A stretch of 51,798 bases of DNA, filler included, from Catajapyx aquilonaris (taxonomy: Eukaryota), in NCBI GenBank assembly GCA_000934665.2. It is 2 parts of 2 records of this genome, joined end to end, with 100 filler letters (N's around TTAATTAATTAA, not from the genome) between each part and the next. Parts side by side here need not be neighbours in the genome. Positions count along the whole stretch, not along the records: positions 25,918 to 51,798 come from JYFJ02005296.1; 1 more part is not named here. One strand, 5' to 3'. Shown here piece by piece: positions 47,725 through 51,798 of this stretch. Made by a program: the position numbers and the translations under genes. How positions within the stretch are numbered: the stretch's first letter is position 1; each line of letters opens with the position of its first letter. Under the pieces are notes generated by a model. The model made no database searches and had not been told where the DNA came from. It was given only the letters and a program-made list of their open reading frames with translations.

Positions 47725-50583
47725 AAGCACGTACTAAGTACTTCAAAAATGCATAAGAAAGCAGGCAATGACACTAACTACATGTAATAAGCATAGTCAG
47801 AATCACTTAGGATTGGTGACATCTATGGTAGGCCCTAAAGGTGCCATACATAGAAATTTGTAAACCCGCCAGCAGAGGGCTACTTTCCACAAGTCACTTT
47901 GTAATGTTTTTACAGCCATCTGTTTTAAAAAATTTTGGTACCGTTATCTTGTTTTAAAAAAATAGTGTTAATTTGAAAATTTTCGTAGCCATGCTGTTGT
48001 TTTGGGTGGAGTAGTAGTTGCTCGGTCGCGTGTCCCAAGGTGACCCTGTGGGAACAAATCTCAGGTCCCGTGATTCCCATGTTCAGCCAGCAGTTTTGTC
48101 TTTGACTTAATTTATTAAGGCAGGTACGATTGTCGATTATGTGCTGCATGGGAGGCGATCTCTTATCAGGCACCTGTATCTCGTACTTCCCAAATCCGGT
48201 TTACTGGCCCTGACACCCGCGTTATTATTTTTTTTTTAAGTCATTCTATTCAGTTCTAAGTACCACTGTGCAAAAATTATGTGCTTAGAAACTGAGTCTG
48301 TCAATTGGATAAAAATATTGCAACCGGCCTGTAAAATAATGGTGGTTTAATGCGTCAGAAAATGTACCGTTGGTGAAAACCACGATCGAATCTCAGCAAC
48401 ATTTGAAACAATGAATAGTAGAATGGTCAACCTAAATTGGTCATTATGAAGTTGGTGAATGGCGATCATTAGTCCGGCGCGCCCACTCGACTCTATTAAC
48501 ATGCGAATCTCATCTTGAGTTCCAGGAAGGCATTTCTTAGACCTGTTGACATCACTTTTCTTTGCAATCACACCAACTATTGTCAGACTTATAGTGACTT
48601 AGCCTTATGACCACCGTCACCTGATTAGCAACAAAAAAAATGAACATGAGAATTCAACAATTGGTCCATTGAACTGCTCAGTGCGAAAGTAGGAGTTTGT
48701 AAACTGAATAGTAACAACCTCTTTTTTTTCTTCACTTGTCGTAGGTTGATATATGAAGTGGACGACCTTCTGAATACTATTCAAGCGTAGTGAACCCCGC
48801 CAAGTTGAACCGCAACACACAATATTGTCAACATGCACTACACGCATGCAGGAATGTTGCCACTACTACCCATTATTGTCACATGCCATCCCATATATAT
48901 TATTTACGACCCAAAAATGCTGTCCTCTATAGCAAACCAAACAAAGTAATTCTTTGTACCAGTAAGCAGGTGGCAAAGAACCAAATGGACCTACCTGAGT
49001 TGAGCAAGGAATGAACCACAAGAGGACTGAAGAAAAGCATCCAGCCTGGAAGGAGTACCGGGCAAGAGTGTTGCCCATCTGAAAAAGCAGTAGAAGGCAG
49101 AGAGAGGGAGGAGAGAGCTCCGTGGCCTTGCTGGCCGCCACAGGAGGCCCTCCTGAGGACCAGCATGCCCTGGACCATTGGCCACAGTTGCCAATGTGCC
49201 CACTTCAACCACCTTTCTGTTGCCCCACCCACCCACCCATTTCCTTCTACAATTATTCAGAATTCTAATTACTTTATAGATGTCAAACACCAGGTTCTAA
49301 TACCAGCCTGTGTAAACCAGAGACAGTAAACCTGATGAAAAATATGTGGGTTGCAACAGTGGACCGTTTGAATGAAATTCCCTTCTGTTCAACTCTGGAA
49401 TGTCTTTTAATTAGTAAATGCCACTTACAGTTGCGCTTTTTTTCTATATGTTTTGGTGGGGTGTTTGAAACTCCAGCTGACCAGCTGGTAAGGTATTTTT
49501 AAGGGAAGAATTTGTAAGCACCATTCCAGACATTCTTCGCGCCTTTACTTTTGCCTTTTCTTTGCGATCGTGCTCCTCTTTCGGAGGAAAGAAGAGGAAC
49601 CTCCCCTTCCTGTCCACCACCTCGGCTGCCACCTTCCACAACCCTGGCTCCCACCCTCCTCACTCTGTTTCCACCACCCCCAAAAAAAGCCCACCTCAAT
49701 GAAGCTGGAATTCCTGCAGGTGACACAGTCTTTTCCAAGGTTGCCAGGTGCCAGACCCCCGCAAAACTGGGCTTGAAAAGTGTCACTACCACTTATCCGG
49801 AGTGGGTTGCATCCTACTGCCCAACTTATATGTTATTGGCACAACCATTTGTTTTTAGTACATTTGATATCATAGATGGTGTAAGAATTTGGGGTAGGTA
49901 TAACCTGACCTACATTACTAGTGATGTTGTATAGGTAGGTCGAATTTTAGTAATTTTTGATGTGGGTGGGGTCAAAGTTCAGCAAGTAGTCTACAGTGTG
50001 TGGAAATACTGTAAGTGGTACACTAGCTACAGGTCCCCTCTTGGTGTTTTTTTTCCCCCTAGGTTGAGATGACAAGAAAAGGCGTTCCTGTGGCCCTTGG
50101 GGGTCCATTCCGATCTATCTGCCCCTCCGGAGGGTTTCCAGGAGGCCTTTGTGTCCTCCCAGTAGGCCACCTCAAGGCCCCTGCTGTTTTACCATTCGTC
50201 ATTCACTTTCAATATCCCTTTGGACCAATCCTATACGTCAATATTCTTGCCTTGTAATGCATACTTTTTCCCACTATTTTTAGGATAGACATCGTTGCAA
50301 AATGTTTCTAACTTTTCAGATACTGCGTCTTTCCCTTATCTATATTAGGTAATATATATCATCTGAACTCCGACCACTGGCGACTTGGCAGTTTTTACTT
50401 TTCCATATCCATCTGAACTGATTATTATTTTTTTTCTTGAATTGTCAACAATCAGTTATCATGTTTTCGAATGACCTTTCTTATATCGAAAGCTCATGCA
50501 GTATAGATAGTAAGGTTTGGGAGGTAGTTGACTGATAATCTGGTTCATCGTCATTTAGTATTTGACCTAAACCAAAAGTAGCC

Positions 50584-50703
50584 ATGGAGTTTTCGTCTAC
50601 TCATGATCAATACGCACCATCAGTTGAAAAAATTTCAGTGGCGAATTTTTTGCTGGAACACACCGCCAAGGTTCTGCAGGACAAACCAGACCAGATATTT
50701 GTG
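50584..50703 (+). CDS. Probable first coding exon of a plus-strand gene resembling AMP-binding acyl-CoA/4-coumarate-CoA ligase (luciferase-like) proteins; gene runs beyond the window
   Basis: GCCATGG Kozak, 40 codons MEFSSTHDQYAPSVEKISVANFLLEHTAKVLQDKPDQIFV, GTG|GTAAGG donor. The family resemblance is by eye only. Confidence 0.45.
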
Positions 50704-50768
50704 GTAAGGACATTTTTTTATGGCCTGACATTAAATTAAATTGGCACATGATGCCTAAGCATTTAAGG

Positions 50769-51016
50769 CAGTGGTTCCCAACCTGGGGGGTCGCGACTCC
50801 CCAAGAGGGCCATGGAGCAGTAGGTCCAGGGGGGCCGTGAGAGGCCGCTGTTATTTTTATAAATTAAAAAATGACTAAAATTTAAAAAATTAATAACAAA
50901 TTTTATAGGAAATTTCATCCCGAACGTTTTTTTCAACATCTACTAACGAGGGGGGTCGCAGGTTACTTGACTATCATAAAAGGGAGTCGCGACCCGGAAA
51001 AGGTTGGGAACCACTG
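50769..51016. mobile_element. hAT (Charlie-like) MITE, 248 bp
   Basis: TIR CAGTGGTTCCCAACCT / AGGTTGGGAACCACTG, 8-bp TSD ATTTAA(G/C)G, subterminal GGGTCGCG motifs. Confidence 0.92.
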
Positions 51017-51798
51017 ATTTAACGGGTATTAAAGGTAGGCTTGAAAGTGGACACATAGGGGTAATCTATGGGGTTGGGGGTGGGGACAAAAATTCACCAC
51101 AAATTTATTGAAATATAAAAATTATATTTAGTACATAATTTTTAAATTTAGCAGTTTTTAAAAACTTGTCTGGACATTTAGGGGCGGGATAAGGGGAGAG
51201 CAATCCCCCCCCCCCTCCTTCCCCCTGCCCCACACTGACTACCCCCATGGGGTAATCCCGCTGGGCACGTGTTTCCAACAGTTCCTGACCCCTCGGTCGA
51301 TAGTCGCGTTTTTTTTCCTTCTTTGTCGTAATTTTCAGGAACTGAATATATTTATCGAGGTAAGTAGGAATCACGCCACAGGCACCAAAACAGGGACAGA
51401 CAAGTTCCCTCAGGAATTGTACTTTGCTATTTTTAGCTGACCCTCTGAAAAACTTCAAGTTAAAAATAAGCTTCTGTATAATAATGTGATTGCAAACACT
51501 TAAATTAAAACTGATTAAAAGCATGAGCAATAATTTTCAAAAAAGATACTCCATTTTATGACTATACAAACACACAACTACAGTATAAAATCCTTTACTG
51601 TATAGTGCACTTTAAATATCCATTTGCAGTCGCAGATTAATTTTGTTGTCGACCTTTAGGATATCAAGAGACTGCAAGGTCATGTCCCGTAACCTTTCTC
51701 ATTTAAGGTGGAAATGAAGCGACTTGCTAATCAAATGAGAGTCTAGAATTGGAATGTTAATAAGAAGGGCTAAAATCAGGGAAACATACGCGACCGAT

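Overview
Eukaryotic (invertebrate, probably arthropod by inference) genomic DNA made of two ~25.8-kb pieces joined by an artificial 100-nt spacer (N44-TTAATTAATTAA-N44, 25818-25917), so linkage between the halves is unproven. Both halves carry the same SINE family, suggesting one species. Left half: a complete spliced minus-strand GAS2-like gene (CH + GAR domains, C-terminal SxIP motif, ~589 aa, 5 coding exons between 11358 and 2400), with candidate upstream exons and promoter elements at ~20.1-21.7 kb and introns full of AT-rich tandem arrays, palindromes and MITEs. Right half: a spliced minus-strand XK-related (XKR scramblase family) gene (~698 aa, 40923-33554) with a long C-terminal tail (Cys/His cluster, DSVD/S caspase-type site, Arg-rich tract, ETIV PDZ-binding end), and near the right end a probable first coding exon of a plus-strand gene resembling AMP-binding/4CL-like ligases. 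Mobile elements: five copies of a tRNA-headed SINE, a second SINE family with the same structured 3' tail, Tc1/mariner-, hAT- and PIF/Harbinger-type MITEs (one nested), a 940-bp fold-back element and Helitron-like ends. No prokaryotic system, CRISPR array or autonomous transposase/RT ORF is visible. All assignments come from reading the sequence; no searches were run.
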